From NCBI GenBank assembly GCA_963748825.1, contig CAVVKN010000003.1, positions 1-64,000 of the forward strand: 64,000 bases of DNA, read 5' to 3'. The notes under the pieces were generated by a model. It saw only the letters and a program-made list of their open reading frames with translations. It was not told the origin of the DNA and did not search any database. Below, one piece after another: positions 1 through 11,186 of the stretch (its first letter is position 1; every line of letters starts with the position of its first letter). The stretch is from Methanotrichaceae archaeon (lineage in GTDB: Archaea; Halobacteriota; Methanosarcinia; Methanotrichales; Methanotrichaceae). Position numbers and translations under genes: made by a program.

Positions 1-366
1 AACCTCTCCCTCTTCCACCGCTTCTCGTGGCGCGAGCAAGAGCTCATTGAAGAGCAGGATCTCGATCACCTGGGCTACATAGCGCCTCTGCTGATACCTC
101 TGGATATCCTGGGTCATCATCAGCTCCGCCTCAACCTGCACCCGGATCAAGCAGAGCCTCATATCCCTTTGGTCCTCCTCTTGGATGCAGAGGTTGAAGA
201 TGTCCTTGAGCAGCCAGGGCAGCCTCATGGGATTTCTTAGAGCCCTGGCCACGAGCAGGATGTAGCCCTTGATCTGGTTGGGCTCTTTAATCTCATCCAC
301 TCCGGAAAGCAGCAGCAGATCTTCGGCGGAGAATTTCTCGTCGTTTATGGTTATGGAGTTATTCAA
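1..366 (-). CDS. Conserved hypothetical protein, runs off the window edge
   Basis: Manual translation from TTG at 366, overlapping the cobY stop: MNNSITINDEKFSAEDLLLLSG...RYQQRRYVAQVIEILLFNELL; open to position 1. Confidence 0.7.
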   Translation of the reverse strand, partial: MNNSITINDEKFSAEDLLLLSGVDEIKEPNQIKGYILLVARALRNPMRLPWLLKDIFNLCIQEEDQRDMRLCLIRVQVEAELMMTQDIQRYQQRRYVAQVIEILLFNELLLAPREAVEEGEV

Positions 367-956
367 AGGAAATCACCTTGCATTATCTTCTCACAGAGCA
401 TAAGGTCCCCGGCCACGTTTACATTCACCGCCAGCTCAATTCTCTCCAATATCAGGTGAAAGTCCTCCTGCTCCTTTTCTATCTCGGCACCATCCAATAC
501 ATTTATGCCTGCCGGAACAATGAGCCGGCCCTGGTAGTTGAAGAGGGAATCAGGCCTCCGGCCCAGACGGCTGTGCAGATCGAGGGGAGTATGAGTGGAG
601 AGCGCCGGCTCGGGTTGCCCCTCATAAACCTCGATGATCTCATCGATCAGATCAGAAGTGACCAGGGGCAGGTCGGCCATTATGATCATAATTGGGTCAG
701 TAACCTCTGCCTTCTTCACAGCTTCAATCATGTCCGCCACATAGCCGTAGCTGCCGGTCTCGACCACAGATAGACCCCTTTCAACAGCCCACTCCCGAGT
801 ACGGGGTACATTCTCTGTGGTGGCCACAAAGATCCTGTCTACTGAGCTATCCTCCAAAGCCAGGGCCACATAATCGATGAGCGGCCTGCCAAAGAGAGTC
901 ACTAGCGGCTTTTCCCCCATCTTCAGCCGCGAGCCGCGCCCCCCGGCCATCACCAA
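363..956 (-). CDS. cobY: Adenosylcobinamide-phosphate guanylyltransferase (NTP transferase)
   Basis: MAGGRGSRL..EKPL nucleotidyltransferase motif, ADLP, NVN; overlaps cobS. Confidence 0.85.
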   Translation of the reverse strand: MVMAGGRGSRLKMGEKPLVTLFGRPLIDYVALALEDSSVDRIFVATTENVPRTREWAVERGLSVVETGSYGYVADMIEAVKKAEVTDPIMIIMADLPLVTSDLIDEIIEVYEGQPEPALSTHTPLDLHSRLGRRPDSLFNYQGRLIVPAGINVLDGAEIEKEQEDFHLILERIELAVNVNVAGDLMLCEKIMQGDFL

Positions 957-1714
957 AGCATCCAGGGAAGAACACCTCCTAAAGTCAGAGCCACCGCCAG
1001 GGCTACCACTCTTGCCACCTCATTGGTCGCGCCGATCCCATCACCGGTGGCCCCTCCAAAGTTCCTCTTTGCCACAAGAACCATGTAAAGGGCGGCCACC
1101 TGAGCCGCGGCCAGAGCAGCCAGTCCCAGGGGGCCCAACGCTGCTGCACACAAGACCGCAGATATTGCCAGGCCCAGAAGAAACTGCCGCGACCCCGTCC
1201 GCTCAATCATGATCTGGCCAAAGCCCTTCTGCAGGGAAGTGGAGAAGGCGGCAAAGCAGATCATGGCCTCTTTTGCGGAGACTTCCGCGACCAGCAGGAC
1301 CAGGGGCAAAAGAGTGCGGGGTGTGTCGGAAATAGTCGCGAAGGCGGCCAGCAGGATTATGGCCATAAAGACCGCGCCCCCTGTTCCCAGGGAGACATCC
1401 TTCATGGCCTGGACTTTTTTCTCTCGAGTGCCATGGGCAATCACTCCATCTCCGAAGTCGGCCAGCCCATCGATATGATTTATGCCGCAGAGCTTGTAGA
1501 TGGCAACTATCACCACGATGGCCACCAGATTGGCGGATAGCGCCTGCCCCGCCATGTAGGCCACGCCGCCTAAAATCGCGCCCAGGGACAGGCCCACCAG
1601 AGGAAATACGTAAACATGCCTCATCAGGGCCTCAATGCCCTCCATGGATATGCCTACTGGAATGGTGGACAGCCAGCCGAATCCAGACTTAAGTGCAAAG
1701 AGCAGGTCTTTCAA
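950..1714 (-). CDS. cobS: Adenosylcobinamide-GDP ribazoletransferase (cobalamin synthase)
   Basis: HIDGLADFGDG, MKD..GTGG and FGGATGDGIGA motifs; polytopic membrane protein. Confidence 0.93.
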   Translation of the reverse strand: MKDLLFALKSGFGWLSTIPVGISMEGIEALMRHVYVFPLVGLSLGAILGGVAYMAGQALSANLVAIVVIVAIYKLCGINHIDGLADFGDGVIAHGTREKKVQAMKDVSLGTGGAVFMAIILLAAFATISDTPRTLLPLVLLVAEVSAKEAMICFAAFSTSLQKGFGQIMIERTGSRQFLLGLAISAVLCAAALGPLGLAALAAAQVAALYMVLVAKRNFGGATGDGIGATNEVARVVALAVALTLGGVLPWMLW

Positions 1715-2190
1715 TGCAAGCTTCCTTCGGACAGAGCCGCCCGAGTATACATATTGGCGGACACTCCTCCGATGAGCCCGGCCACCACATCATCCATGAA
1801 GGGGCCCAGGCGGGAGAGGATTCCCGGCTTGGCCTTGTCGTAGCGAACGTAATCGAACAGTCCTTTGTAGCCGCCTACATACTTGGCAATGGCAAGACCC
1901 AAGACCTCATCCGCGATAAGGCAGGTCAGGTCATTCTCATAGTCGGCTGGCTGCAGGTTGGGAAGATTGCATCTCTCTCCCTCCGACTCTAGCAGGACTC
2001 CGGCGTAAATAAGAAGCGCCAGATTGGGATCAGATAAAGCGAGTGCCATCTCCTGCCGAAACACAGCCTCTGCCTTCTCGCGCGTCTCCACTCCCGGATG
2101 AGGAAAGTAAAGCTGCATTGCAGCGGAGAGGATCTCGTCTTCGTGGATTCCCATGCTCTTCAGCACATCTCTAATATCTCTCATGGCCAT
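1711..2190 (-). CDS. cobZ: Alpha-ribazole phosphatase, archaeal CobZ (PgpA-like)
   Basis: SDPNL, IADEVLG, YD..KPGIL..LGPFMDD motifs; in operon with cobS and cobY. Confidence 0.85.
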   Translation of the reverse strand: MAMRDIRDVLKSMGIHEDEILSAAMQLYFPHPGVETREKAEAVFRQEMALALSDPNLALLIYAGVLLESEGERCNLPNLQPADYENDLTCLIADEVLGLAIAKYVGGYKGLFDYVRYDKAKPGILSRLGPFMDDVVAGLIGGVSANMYTRAALSEGSLH

Positions 2191-2287
2191 GGTGAGACTC
2201 GTTTAGCTGGGGTAGGATAAAAAAATATCTGGTTAAATCGCGAAGTTATTTAAGGTTCGATTGTCCGATATATTGTAGGGGAATTCT

Positions 2288-2614
2288 ATGAAGACGATGG
2301 TCAAGATTTTCGTGGATCACGAGCATTTGGTTCGAGTCATAAATACCTTAACAGAGCTGGGCATCACCGGATTTTACCTCGTGGAGTATCAGGGAATGGC
2401 GCCGCAATCATGGAAGACCTTCCGGCTGAGCGAGAACCTTGATATGGCCTTGAAAGCGATCCGGGACCACTCTGAGCCGGGTGTCATGGTTAACACCGTC
2501 GTCGGCTCCGATAAGTGCGAAAAGATCATAAAGCAGCTCGAGGAAGCTTTAAAAGGGATAAGGTACACGATCATTGGGCACAAAGTTACATCTATAAAGG
2601 TGAAAGGGGACTGA
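2288..2614 (+). CDS. MJ1244-family PII-like protein
   Basis: N..GITGFYLVEYQGMAP..W motif; 108 aa. Confidence 0.65.
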   Translation: MKTMVKIFVDHEHLVRVINTLTELGITGFYLVEYQGMAPQSWKTFRLSENLDMALKAIRDHSEPGVMVNTVVGSDKCEKIIKQLEEALKGIRYTIIGHKVTSIKVKGD

Positions 2615-2621
2615 AGTATTC

Positions 2622-2849
2622 ATGGAAAACCTCAAGGATAACGTCGAGCTCGCTCTGGAAAAGATCAGGGAAGGCCTTCGCGTAGATGGTGGAGATGTCG
2701 AGCTCGTCGATATAGTGGATGGAATCGTCAAGGTAAAGCTGCAAGGGCACTGCGCAGGCTGTCCCTTCTCACAGATGACACTTAAAAATTTCATCGAAAA
2801 AGAGATCATGAAGAGCGTAAAGGGCGTAAAAGGCGTGGTATCTGCCTGA
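2622..2849 (+). CDS. NifU/NfuA C-terminal domain Fe-S carrier protein
   Basis: DGGDVELVD..VKL.GHCAGCP (CxxC). Confidence 0.9.
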   Translation: MENLKDNVELALEKIREGLRVDGGDVELVDIVDGIVKVKLQGHCAGCPFSQMTLKNFIEKEIMKSVKGVKGVVSA

Positions 2850-2913
2850 GAATTGCGCTCAATTTTAGTCGCGCAAATTGATCAATCATTCAAATTACTA
2901 AGGAGTCTGGTTT

Positions 2914-3138
2914 ATGTTCCCAACTAAAAAGGTACAGAGTCTGGTAGGCAGTAAGATTCAGGTGGAGATGAAGGGCTCACCTCGCTATGTCCTAGAAGGA
3001 ATTCTCAACAGTGTAGATGAATACTTGAACCTTCATCTCCAGGAGACAGTGGAGCTGATCGGCGGCGAGAAGACTCGCTCTTTGGGATCGGTTATCCTAC
3101 GTGGCAACAACATTATCCTCATAAGTCCAGTTGAATGA
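2914..3138 (+). CDS. Sm-like (Lsm) archaeal RNA-binding protein
   Basis: Sm1 (G.L..VDEYLNL) and Sm2 (ILRGNNI) motifs. Confidence 0.92.
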   Translation: MFPTKKVQSLVGSKIQVEMKGSPRYVLEGILNSVDEYLNLHLQETVELIGGEKTRSLGSVILRGNNIILISPVE

Positions 3139-3159
3139 AGATGACTAGAGAGGTCGGAA

Positions 3160-3525
3160 ATGTCTGCTGAGGAGGCGCTGGAGTATATAAAGTCGCGCCC
3201 TGAAGGAGCTTTGCAGAGTGATCTATGGAAGGTTCTTAAGATCGATTCTCGAAAATGCTCCCGTATTGTGGCCAAGCTCCTACAAGATAATCTCATCACC
3301 AGAGAGGTGGAGTCGGCAGAGGGCATCAGGACCTATCGGCTCATTTGCACTGTAAAGCCCCGCGGCAGGCGTTTCGATCCACTGCTGGCCCTTGATGCTT
3401 TCGAGCCCTGCGCGGGCTGCATCGAGGAGTGCATTCCTGAGCATTGCGCCAAGCTCAGTGAGTGGATATTCTCTATCGTGATGGGTGTTGGGGGCGAAGT
3501 GGCTATAGAGGAGATCAGCCCGTAG
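3160..3525 (+). CDS. Winged-helix plus Cys-cluster protein, probable TFE-beta/RPC34-like factor
   Basis: wHTH (QSDLWK.L.IDSRKCSRIV..L) and C-terminal PCAGC...C.PEHC..L.EW; next to the Sm gene. Confidence 0.7.
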   Translation: MSAEEALEYIKSRPEGALQSDLWKVLKIDSRKCSRIVAKLLQDNLITREVESAEGIRTYRLICTVKPRGRRFDPLLALDAFEPCAGCIEECIPEHCAKLSEWIFSIVMGVGGEVAIEEISP

Positions 3526-3587
3526 AAAATAGCAGGGGGCGCAGGCTCTTTGTTATCATATTTTATTATTCCAATTTTCGCGGCCAT

Positions 3588-4476
3588 TCAAAGGCATATT
3601 TTGCGGTACATCATGGCATGTATAATTGGAATTTTCAGGGTCTTTGCGAGAGCAGCCAGTTCGTGGGAGCTAGGCATTTGCATGCGAACGGGCGGCACGC
3701 TCTTTCCTTCTTTGGCATAAACGGCCCCGCCTCTCATGCGAGCGCAGGTGAAGCTTCCTGCATCACCCTCCACCAAGATCTCGCCGCCTCGCATCTCAGC
3801 GCCAGTGAAGTCACCGGTCCGGCCCCTTACCACAATTCTGCCTCCCTGCATGAGCACGCCCGTGTTAGGGCCGGCATCGCCCCAAACCTCAATTCGGCCT
3901 GCGCGCATGAGTATGCCGGTACTCATTCCCGCATCGCCTTGCAGGCGGACGGTTTTATCTGTGGGATTTCTGGCTCCCAGGGTGTCCCTTAAAATGCCGT
4001 CGCCGATGGTCAGGCCATTTTTATCGGCTGTGTTCGGCTCCAGGACGGGCAGGCTTTTTTCCAATGCTTCTGTGGCCGAGACGAACTTTTTGTAGCCAGT
4101 TAGATCGCTCTGTACCTGCACAACGTTTCCAAGAGGAGATTTTATCTCCCCTGATACGTAGACAGCTCCACGAAGCATGGAGATTCCCATGTGGCTGCCC
4201 ACATTACCGTCCACGATTATCTTGCCTGTTCCCTCAACTGGGTCCACCCTTTCCCCCGAGCCGCAGCAGATCCACACCAAGGCTGGAGCCCAGGCGGCTG
4301 CCCGCGTCTCCCAAGATCTCGACAGTCTCACCCTGGCGTAGAGCCTGCACCATTCTGCGAAAGCTGATGCCGCTTACGGTCTGATCCATGTCGAGTCTTG
4401 AGCCCTGATGCTGCCAGAAAAAATCAAAGGTAAAGTCGCAAAGGCATCTCTCGCCCGAGGTATGAATTCGCAGCAT
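3588..4476 (-). CDS. GltB/FwdC-like GXGXG beta-helix protein, split by a +1 frameshift near 4240-4242
   Basis: ORFs 4234-4476 and 3588-4331 join as ..LGGKGGPVEGTG.. if one base of the run is removed; repeated GDAG..G..M.GG units. Confidence 0.75.
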
Positions 4477-4482
4477 TGCTAA

Positions 4483-5586
4483 TCACTTGACAGGCTGCTC
4501 TGGCCCCTCTCCGGCTATGCGCTTGGATACATTGACCCCTACCACGGTTATGAGGATGGCGACTATCGCTGATATGGCCAGATATTGCACAGATTCCACC
4601 ATACCGATGCCGAACTTCAGGTCGGTATTGCTGGCCAGGATGAAGCCTGTTGCAGACCAGATGATAAGACCTGTTGCCAGCAAGAAAAAGAGATAGGAGA
4701 TTGTGCGAGCATCTCTTATGCCTTCCAGGTACATGTCCATGATCTTGCCCAGATCCACACACAGGGCTGCAACAACATACCACCAGATGCTCTCATGAAG
4801 GTAGATCATCACCAGAATGAAGAATCCGGGAGATATGGGTTCATGGTAGTACTGCCAGGAATAGGCGAATCCTCTCACCGTGGCAATGATCACCAGCATG
4901 GCCGCCAAAATGTAGGTTATGAATGCTATCTTGCCTGCATAAAGAGATTTTCTCAGAGTCTGCTTGGCCTCTTCCATAGAGTCGTCCAGCCCCAGGCCCC
5001 GAAATAGGAGATAAAGGCCCACTGCACCGGTGATGGCCACCACAGCGCCATTTGGGTAGCCAAGCAGGCTGAAGATCGCAAACATAAGAAGAGCTAAAGC
5101 GGGGGGAATGAAGACTGTATGGCTGATCTTGGGATCGTTGAATACCTGTTTTAGAAGATAATAGGTGCTCTCCAGGTTGGGACTCTGTTTGATCAGAACC
5201 CGGCGTACCCCGTTCACCTTGATGCGAGAATGGATAATAGGCAGTATGGCCTCGTCCTCAGCTCCATCAGAGACTACTATTACTCCATCGGGATGCAGGC
5301 GCTCCAGTAACACTTCCAACTGCGCGGCAAGCTTGCTGTCGGAGATCAGGCCTACTTTCAGGTCGCCGGCGAGGGAGGCGATTTCCACGGTTTTGCCGGC
5401 GAGGGCAAGCTCATCCAGAACCTTTATGCCACCGAAGATGGTATTGACATCCGAGTCCTCCGGATCGGCCATGCCAAGCTTTAGGGCGGCCTCGATATTG
5501 GCCTGCCTGCCCACGACCGGACTTATGACTCCACCCTTGCGGCCCAAATCATTGTCGCGGTCAATACAGAGCACCAGGACATCCAT
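4483..5586 (-). CDS. DUF373-family membrane protein
   Basis: LVLCIDRDNDLG.K, DPEDSD.N, VSDGAEDE, QSPNLESTYY motifs followed by TM helices. Confidence 0.88.
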   Translation of the reverse strand: MDVLVLCIDRDNDLGRKGGVISPVVGRQANIEAALKLGMADPEDSDVNTIFGGIKVLDELALAGKTVEIASLAGDLKVGLISDSKLAAQLEVLLERLHPDGVIVVSDGAEDEAILPIIHSRIKVNGVRRVLIKQSPNLESTYYLLKQVFNDPKISHTVFIPPALALLMFAIFSLLGYPNGAVVAITGAVGLYLLFRGLGLDDSMEEAKQTLRKSLYAGKIAFITYILAAMLVIIATVRGFAYSWQYYHEPISPGFFILVMIYLHESIWWYVVAALCVDLGKIMDMYLEGIRDARTISYLFFLLATGLIIWSATGFILASNTDLKFGIGMVESVQYLAISAIVAILITVVGVNVSKRIAGEGPEQPVK

Positions 5587-5665
5587 GGCCTATTATTTGA
5601 AAAGATTGTACTTAAAGGATTCTGTGGAGATAAGATATTTATCTCATCAAGAATGAGCGCCTGCT

Positions 5666-6148
5666 ATGCAGATGTCCTTTCTAAGACACACGATACTCTC
5701 TCTCGCAGTTTTGTTGATGCTCTTAATCTCCTTTGCTGATGCTTCTTCCCTGGATATGCCAGGCATACAAAAGGATGTCGCCAATTACAACAGCAAGGTC
5801 GACAATGCGCCATTTATCCTCAAAAACATGCTTGGCAGCGAGAAGATCGACCTGATTGTAACCAGGGACAACGGAAGCGTATTTCGCGTGGGTATGGATA
5901 TGGTGAGCGCAAGGATAGAGAGAATAGTTGATGGTGGCTACAGCGATTCTACCATCATAATAACCACCACAGAGAGCGCCTTAAACGAGGTCGGAAAATC
6001 GAAGGATCAAATAGCCGCTTTTAAGAAACAGACGGATGCAGGCCAGATTCGCTTCGAGGGGAAAAGCTGGTTGGCAGATGCCAAGATAAAGGCCGTTCTC
6101 TCCAGCACCAGCTTTCTTCAGTTCGGCTATAGTCTCTTCTTCGGTTAG
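5666..6148 (+). CDS. Hypothetical secreted protein
   Basis: N-terminal signal peptide ending FADA; 160 aa. Confidence 0.7.
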   Translation: MQMSFLRHTILSLAVLLMLLISFADASSLDMPGIQKDVANYNSKVDNAPFILKNMLGSEKIDLIVTRDNGSVFRVGMDMVSARIERIVDGGYSDSTIIITTTESALNEVGKSKDQIAAFKKQTDAGQIRFEGKSWLADAKIKAVLSSTSFLQFGYSLFFG

Positions 6149-6228
6149 CGATCGAGGTCGATCATTTCTTTTTTTTATCTTCCGATAGAAAGTTATTAAA
6201 GTCTTCAACTCTCCATATTTTATTTGCA

Positions 6229-7353
6229 ATGTATGATCTGATCGTAGTTGGTGCGGGGCCGGCCGGATCTACGGCAGCCCGAGCGGCAGCCTTGAAGGGA
6301 TTGGATACCTTGATCCTGGAAAAGGAGAATTTTCCCAGGTACAAGCCTTGCGGGGGCGCTCTCTCCGGCAGAGCAGCCTCGCTGTTGGACTTTAACCTTC
6401 CCAGCGACATTTGCGAGAGGGACATAACCGGGGCACGTGTCCATTTTCGCAATCAAATCCAGGAGAGGCACACTGGCTACAATCTCACCACTCTGATAAC
6501 CAGAAGCCGCTTCGATCATCTTCTCCTGCAGAAGGCCCAAGAGCCTGGGGCCGATATAAAGACACAAAAGGTTCTGGCCTTCCAGGAAAAGGACGACCAT
6601 GTGTCTGTGAAAACGAAAGACGAAATCTATCGATGCCGGTTTCTGGTGATCTCCTCCGGATGCCAGGATGGGCTGAAAAACAGGATACAGGGGCCAGACA
6701 GGAGAGAGAACATGGGAGTATGCCTGGTTGCAGAGATTGAAGAAGACGACCAGAAGATCGAGGAGCGTCTGGCTAGCACTTTAGACATTCACTTCGGGGT
6801 GGCGGAGGGCGGCTACGGGTGGATCTTTCCTCACAGGGGATACTATTCTGTGGGAATAGGCGGCCTGTCGTCTCGCCTGCGTCATCCTCGCCAGGCCATG
6901 CTGCAATTCCTGAAGAAAAACGGCTTTTCCGGGGGTCAGAGGCTTCACGGCCACCTTATACCACAAGGCGGCAACAAGGTGAGGACGGCCTTGGGCAGAG
7001 TGATCCTGGCAGGAGATGCCGCGGGATTTGTAGATGCTTTCACAGGAGAAGGCATCTGCTATGCTCTCAACTCCGGCAAGATTGCTGGCCAGGTGATAGG
7101 AGAGGTGCCTGCTCCAGAGGTGGCCCAGGCCTACCAGAAGAGATGCAATAAGGAATTCGGCGAGGAGTTGAAGTACGCTCTATTCTTCTCAAAAATGATG
7201 CACAGCTATCCGGATATATTCCTGCGCATCCTGGCCTGTCAGGAGGAGGTCTTGGACAGGTATATCGAGATTGCTGCGGCCAGGATATCTTACAAGGATT
7301 TTATGCGCTGGCTGGTGCCCCGCCTTCCCATGAGCTTGCTGCGCACTCTGTGA
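6229..7353 (+). CDS. Geranylgeranyl reductase-family flavoprotein
   Basis: GAGPAGS, RYKPCGG, GYGWIFP, GDAAG..D.FTGEGI. Confidence 0.9.
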   Translation: MYDLIVVGAGPAGSTAARAAALKGLDTLILEKENFPRYKPCGGALSGRAASLLDFNLPSDICERDITGARVHFRNQIQERHTGYNLTTLITRSRFDHLLLQKAQEPGADIKTQKVLAFQEKDDHVSVKTKDEIYRCRFLVISSGCQDGLKNRIQGPDRRENMGVCLVAEIEEDDQKIEERLASTLDIHFGVAEGGYGWIFPHRGYYSVGIGGLSSRLRHPRQAMLQFLKKNGFSGGQRLHGHLIPQGGNKVRTALGRVILAGDAAGFVDAFTGEGICYALNSGKIAGQVIGEVPAPEVAQAYQKRCNKEFGEELKYALFFSKMMHSYPDIFLRILACQEEVLDRYIEIAAARISYKDFMRWLVPRLPMSLLRTL

Positions 7354-7370
7354 TTGGGAAAAAATGTCTT

Positions 7371-7721
<351 letters not shown>

Positions 7722-8933
7722 TCAAGCGTAAGCCTTCTCGCCGTGCTGGGAGATATCAAGGCCAACGTATTCTTCTTCCTCTGTGACCCTCAGGCCCATG
7801 AAGCGATCAACGATCTTGGCCAAGATCAGCGTCATCACGAAGGCATAGACCACAGATGCACCGGCTGCCATTATCTGCACTGTAAACTGATGAACGTTGC
7901 CGTAGATCAGGCCGGTATAGCTGGGATTGACGGCAGCGGTAGCGAATATGCCTGTGGCAATGGCGCCCCACAGGCCGCCCATGCCGTGCACCGCCCAGGC
8001 ATCACAGCTCTCGTCCAGGCCGCGACCGACGCGAAAGAGCAGGGCCGTGTAGCAGAGCACACCTGAAACTGCTCCGATAATGACGGCTCCTGTAACGTCA
8101 ACGTAGCCCGCAGCGGGGGTTATGGCCACCAGGCCAGCTATGCCGCCGCTCACCATTCCCAGAGCACTGGGCTTTCCTTTCAGCCAGCTGGCGGCAAGCC
8201 ATGTCAGCGCCCCGGCAGCGGCAGAGGTGTTGGTGACGATCAGGGCTGAGGCTGCGAGACCGTTGGCCGCGAGGGCAGATCCCGCGTTGAAGCCAAACCA
8301 TCCGAACCAGAGAAGGCCCGCACCTATCATGGCCATGGGTATGTTATGTGGCTCCATGACGTAGGCGCCGTAGCCCATCCTCTTGCCGATGACCAAGGCG
8401 ATAGCCAGGGCAGAGAAGCCGGAGCTGATGTGCACCACCGTTCCGCCGGCAAAGTCGAGGGCTCCCATCTGGGCCATCCAGCCCCCTGCCCAGACCCAAT
8501 GGGCCAGAGGATCATAGACCAGAGTGGTCCAGAGGAGGGCCAGCACGATGAAGGAGCTGAGCTTGACCCTTTCCGCCACGGCGGAGGTGAGGATGGCGAG
8601 AGTCACAGCCGCGAAGACGAGCTGGAAGGCCACATAGATGAGATGCGGAATGTTTCCAGCTAGTGGCGCCTCACCCAGCCCCACGCCGCTCAAAGCAAAG
8701 TAGTCCAGGCCGCCGATGATTCCCGATATATCCGAGCCGAAGGATAGGCTGTAGCCGAACAGCACCCACTGTACGCTGGCCAGAGCAAAGGCCAGAAAGG
8801 ACAGGCCTATCATCGAGACGACGGTCTTGCTCCTAACCAGACCACCGTAGAACAAACCGACGCCCGGCGTCATGAGCATGACCATGGCGGTTGACACCAA
8901 GACCCATGCTGTGTCTCCACTATTAATTTCCAA
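7722..8933 (-). CDS. amtB: Ammonium transporter
   Basis: [24 protein letters not shown] (twin His), GLD..HGE.AY. Confidence 0.96.
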   Translation of the reverse strand: MEINSGDTAWVLVSTAMVMLMTPGVGLFYGGLVRSKTVVSMIGLSFLAFALASVQWVLFGYSLSFGSDISGIIGGLDYFALSGVGLGEAPLAGNIPHLIYVAFQLVFAAVTLAILTSAVAERVKLSSFIVLALLWTTLVYDPLAHWVWAGGWMAQMGALDFAGGTVVHISSGFSALAIALVIGKRMGYGAYVMEPHNIPMAMIGAGLLWFGWFGFNAGSALAANGLAASALIVTNTSAAAGALTWLAASWLKGKPSALGMVSGGIAGLVAITPAAGYVDVTGAVIIGAVSGVLCYTALLFRVGRGLDESCDAWAVHGMGGLWGAIATGIFATAAVNPSYTGLIYGNVHQFTVQIMAAGASVVYAFVMTLILAKIVDRFMGLRVTEEEEYVGLDISQHGEKAYA

Positions 8934-9494
8934 CTACATCACCCTTAAACAATTGTAAAGCTAGACCTATTTAATTTTTGTATCAACTTCGAGACCAGTG
9001 CAGAGAAATCCGTTAGCACATCGCTAGAAGAGCCCCTCTCGGAGAATTTAAAAGGGTATTTAATATAAATTATGAATTGCTATGATCTATTCATATCCAT
9101 TCATAAGCGTACAATCCCTACAATTCTTAGTGTGGCGACTCCAAATTTAAATATATTTTTAAGAACCTTTCTTAGTATAGCATAAAATAGTGATGTTATT
9201 ATGAATGCGGAGCATCGAGAACATTATAAATCATTTCTAATATTAATAAAGTGATCTTTTGGAGACTTACAACAACAATCGGTAAGAAAAAAGGGAGAAG
9301 CTTTCCTTCATGGCTGGAAAAGGTCTGCGCGTTAAACCGCCTCGCATTCCGCTCCATTGTCCTGAAGCATCTTCCATGTCGCATATTGGATTGAGATACA
9401 AATCCTGCCGCAAGCGTAATGGCGGCCAGGTTCGCGACTGCGCCGGTGACGACGAAGATGTCCTTTCTAAAGGCTGGGACTATAATTTTGGCAC

Positions 9495-10199
9495 TCACTT
9501 GCTTCTTGCGGTTGTGCTCAAGCCCCAGCTAAGAACCTCCTCTGCGCCTGCATGCAGAGCGATCTTTCCCTGCTCCAAAAGGCAGGCCCTATCTCCTATG
9601 CAGGCCACATCTCTCAGGTCATGGGTGACGATTATGCAGGGAACAGCGCAAGCACGAATTGTCTCCCGTAGCTCTTTTCTCATAGCCGCTTGCTTCCTAA
9701 CATCCAGAGCGGAAAGCGGCTCGTCCAGCAAAAGCAAGCGAGGCTCGATGATGAGAGCTCTCGCCAGTGCCGCCCTCTGCTTCTGGCCGCCCGAGACGAG
9801 TGCTGCTTTTGCTTTCCTGATCTCCCATAGCCCAGCGGCCTCAAGATGCTCTTTTACCAGGACTTTGACCTCGTCCTCCGGCGTCCTCCGGGTGCGCAGT
9901 CCAAAGGCTACGTTGTCGTAGATGCTCATGTGGGGAAAGAGAGCGTAGCTTTGAAAGACATATCCTATGCCTCTGGCCTCAGGAGGGACATTTGTCCCGT
10001 ACTCAGAATCATAAAGCGCTCTGCCGTCCAGCGCAATCCTCCCTTCATCGGGATTATCGAGCCCCGCCAACAGGTTAAGCAGAGTGGTCTTTCCGCAGCC
10101 GTTATCTCCCACCAGCATAAGCGTCTTGCCTCTTTCAACGTCCAGCTTCACCTGTAGATCGAAATCTCTAAGCCTCTTCTTGACATTAATTTCTAACAT
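9495..10199 (-). CDS. modC: Molybdate ABC transporter ATP-binding subunit
   Basis: GDNGCGKT, SGGQKQR, LLLDEP; follows modB. Confidence 0.88.
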   Translation of the reverse strand: MLEINVKKRLRDFDLQVKLDVERGKTLMLVGDNGCGKTTLLNLLAGLDNPDEGRIALDGRALYDSEYGTNVPPEARGIGYVFQSYALFPHMSIYDNVAFGLRTRRTPEDEVKVLVKEHLEAAGLWEIRKAKAALVSGGQKQRAALARALIIEPRLLLLDEPLSALDVRKQAAMRKELRETIRACAVPCIIVTHDLRDVACIGDRACLLEQGKIALHAGAEEVLSWGLSTTARSK

Positions 10200-11064
10200 T
10201 TTTATACATCCTCCGGGTCAGTTTCTTCACCAGAACGATGACTACAAAGGAGATGGCAACCAGGATTATGGACAAACAAAGAGAAACATCCAGATCTCCT
10301 TGCATGGCGGTATAGATGGCCAGAGGCATCGTCTGCGTGCGGCCCTGGAAGTTTCCGGCAAACATGATGGTAGCTCCGAATTCTCCTAATGAGCGAGCAA
10401 AGGCCATGATCGCTCCAGATATGAGGCCGTTCATGGCTATGGGCAGGATCACATAGAAGAATGTGTAAACCCGGGAAGCACCCAAAGTCCGGGCGGCATT
10501 CTCGAAGGCCAGGTCCACATCTTCGAAGCTCGTCCTGGCCTGACGAATATAGAAGGGCGAGGAGACGAAGACCTGGGCCATGATCACGGCCAGAGTGGTG
10601 AAGGCGATGCTGATTCCAAATGCGTTAAGGTAATGGCCCACAATACCCATTCTTCCAAAGGCTACGAGCAGGGCAATGCCAGCCACGGCGGGCGGCATGA
10701 TAACGGGCAGGTCGATTAGGGAATCTGCCAGCTCTTTTCCGAAATAATGGAAACGTGCGCTGACGTAGGCAATAGGTGTGCCCATAATAACCACGACGAT
10801 TGTAGTCAAGGTCGAGGTCGTCAAGCTGAGCCGGAGAGCATCCAACACCATCGGATCGTACAGTGACCCGAGAGTCTTATCCAGGGGGCTCTTCAAGAAG
10901 AGCGCGATCACCGGCAAGGCTATGAAGGCCATGGTCAAAACCAGCAAGGCTGCCACGCCAGTTTTTAAGGAGATATCCTTCACGCGGTCAGAAATGCTGT
11001 GGATTTCATGCTCTCGGTTTGAAAACTCGCCCCGATGGATTATTTCCGCTTCATTGGATGCCAT
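10186..11064 (-). CDS. modB: Molybdate ABC transporter permease
   Basis: DLPVIMPPAVAG, AARTLGAS, FARSLGEFGAT, TMPLAIY; start placed at ATG 11064 after AGAGG. Confidence 0.92.
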   Translation of the reverse strand: MASNEAEIIHRGEFSNREHEIHSISDRVKDISLKTGVAALLVLTMAFIALPVIALFLKSPLDKTLGSLYDPMVLDALRLSLTTSTLTTIVVVIMGTPIAYVSARFHYFGKELADSLIDLPVIMPPAVAGIALLVAFGRMGIVGHYLNAFGISIAFTTLAVIMAQVFVSSPFYIRQARTSFEDVDLAFENAARTLGASRVYTFFYVILPIAMNGLISGAIMAFARSLGEFGATIMFAGNFQGRTQTMPLAIYTAMQGDLDVSLCLSIILVAISFVVIVLVKKLTRRMYKNVRN

Positions 11065-11186
11065 GGTCCTCTTTGTAGAAATTGTGTTCAACCACGATAC
11101 CATAATATGCATGAACCATGTGCATGAAGCTCCGGCAAATAGAAACCAGGGTCTTTTCCCCTGGCTCCTTAGAGAGACTTTCCGGA

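Noticed and set aside
9199-9498. 99-aa ORF after modC
   Set aside because: Runs into the AT-rich amtB promoter region and has no recognisable motif.
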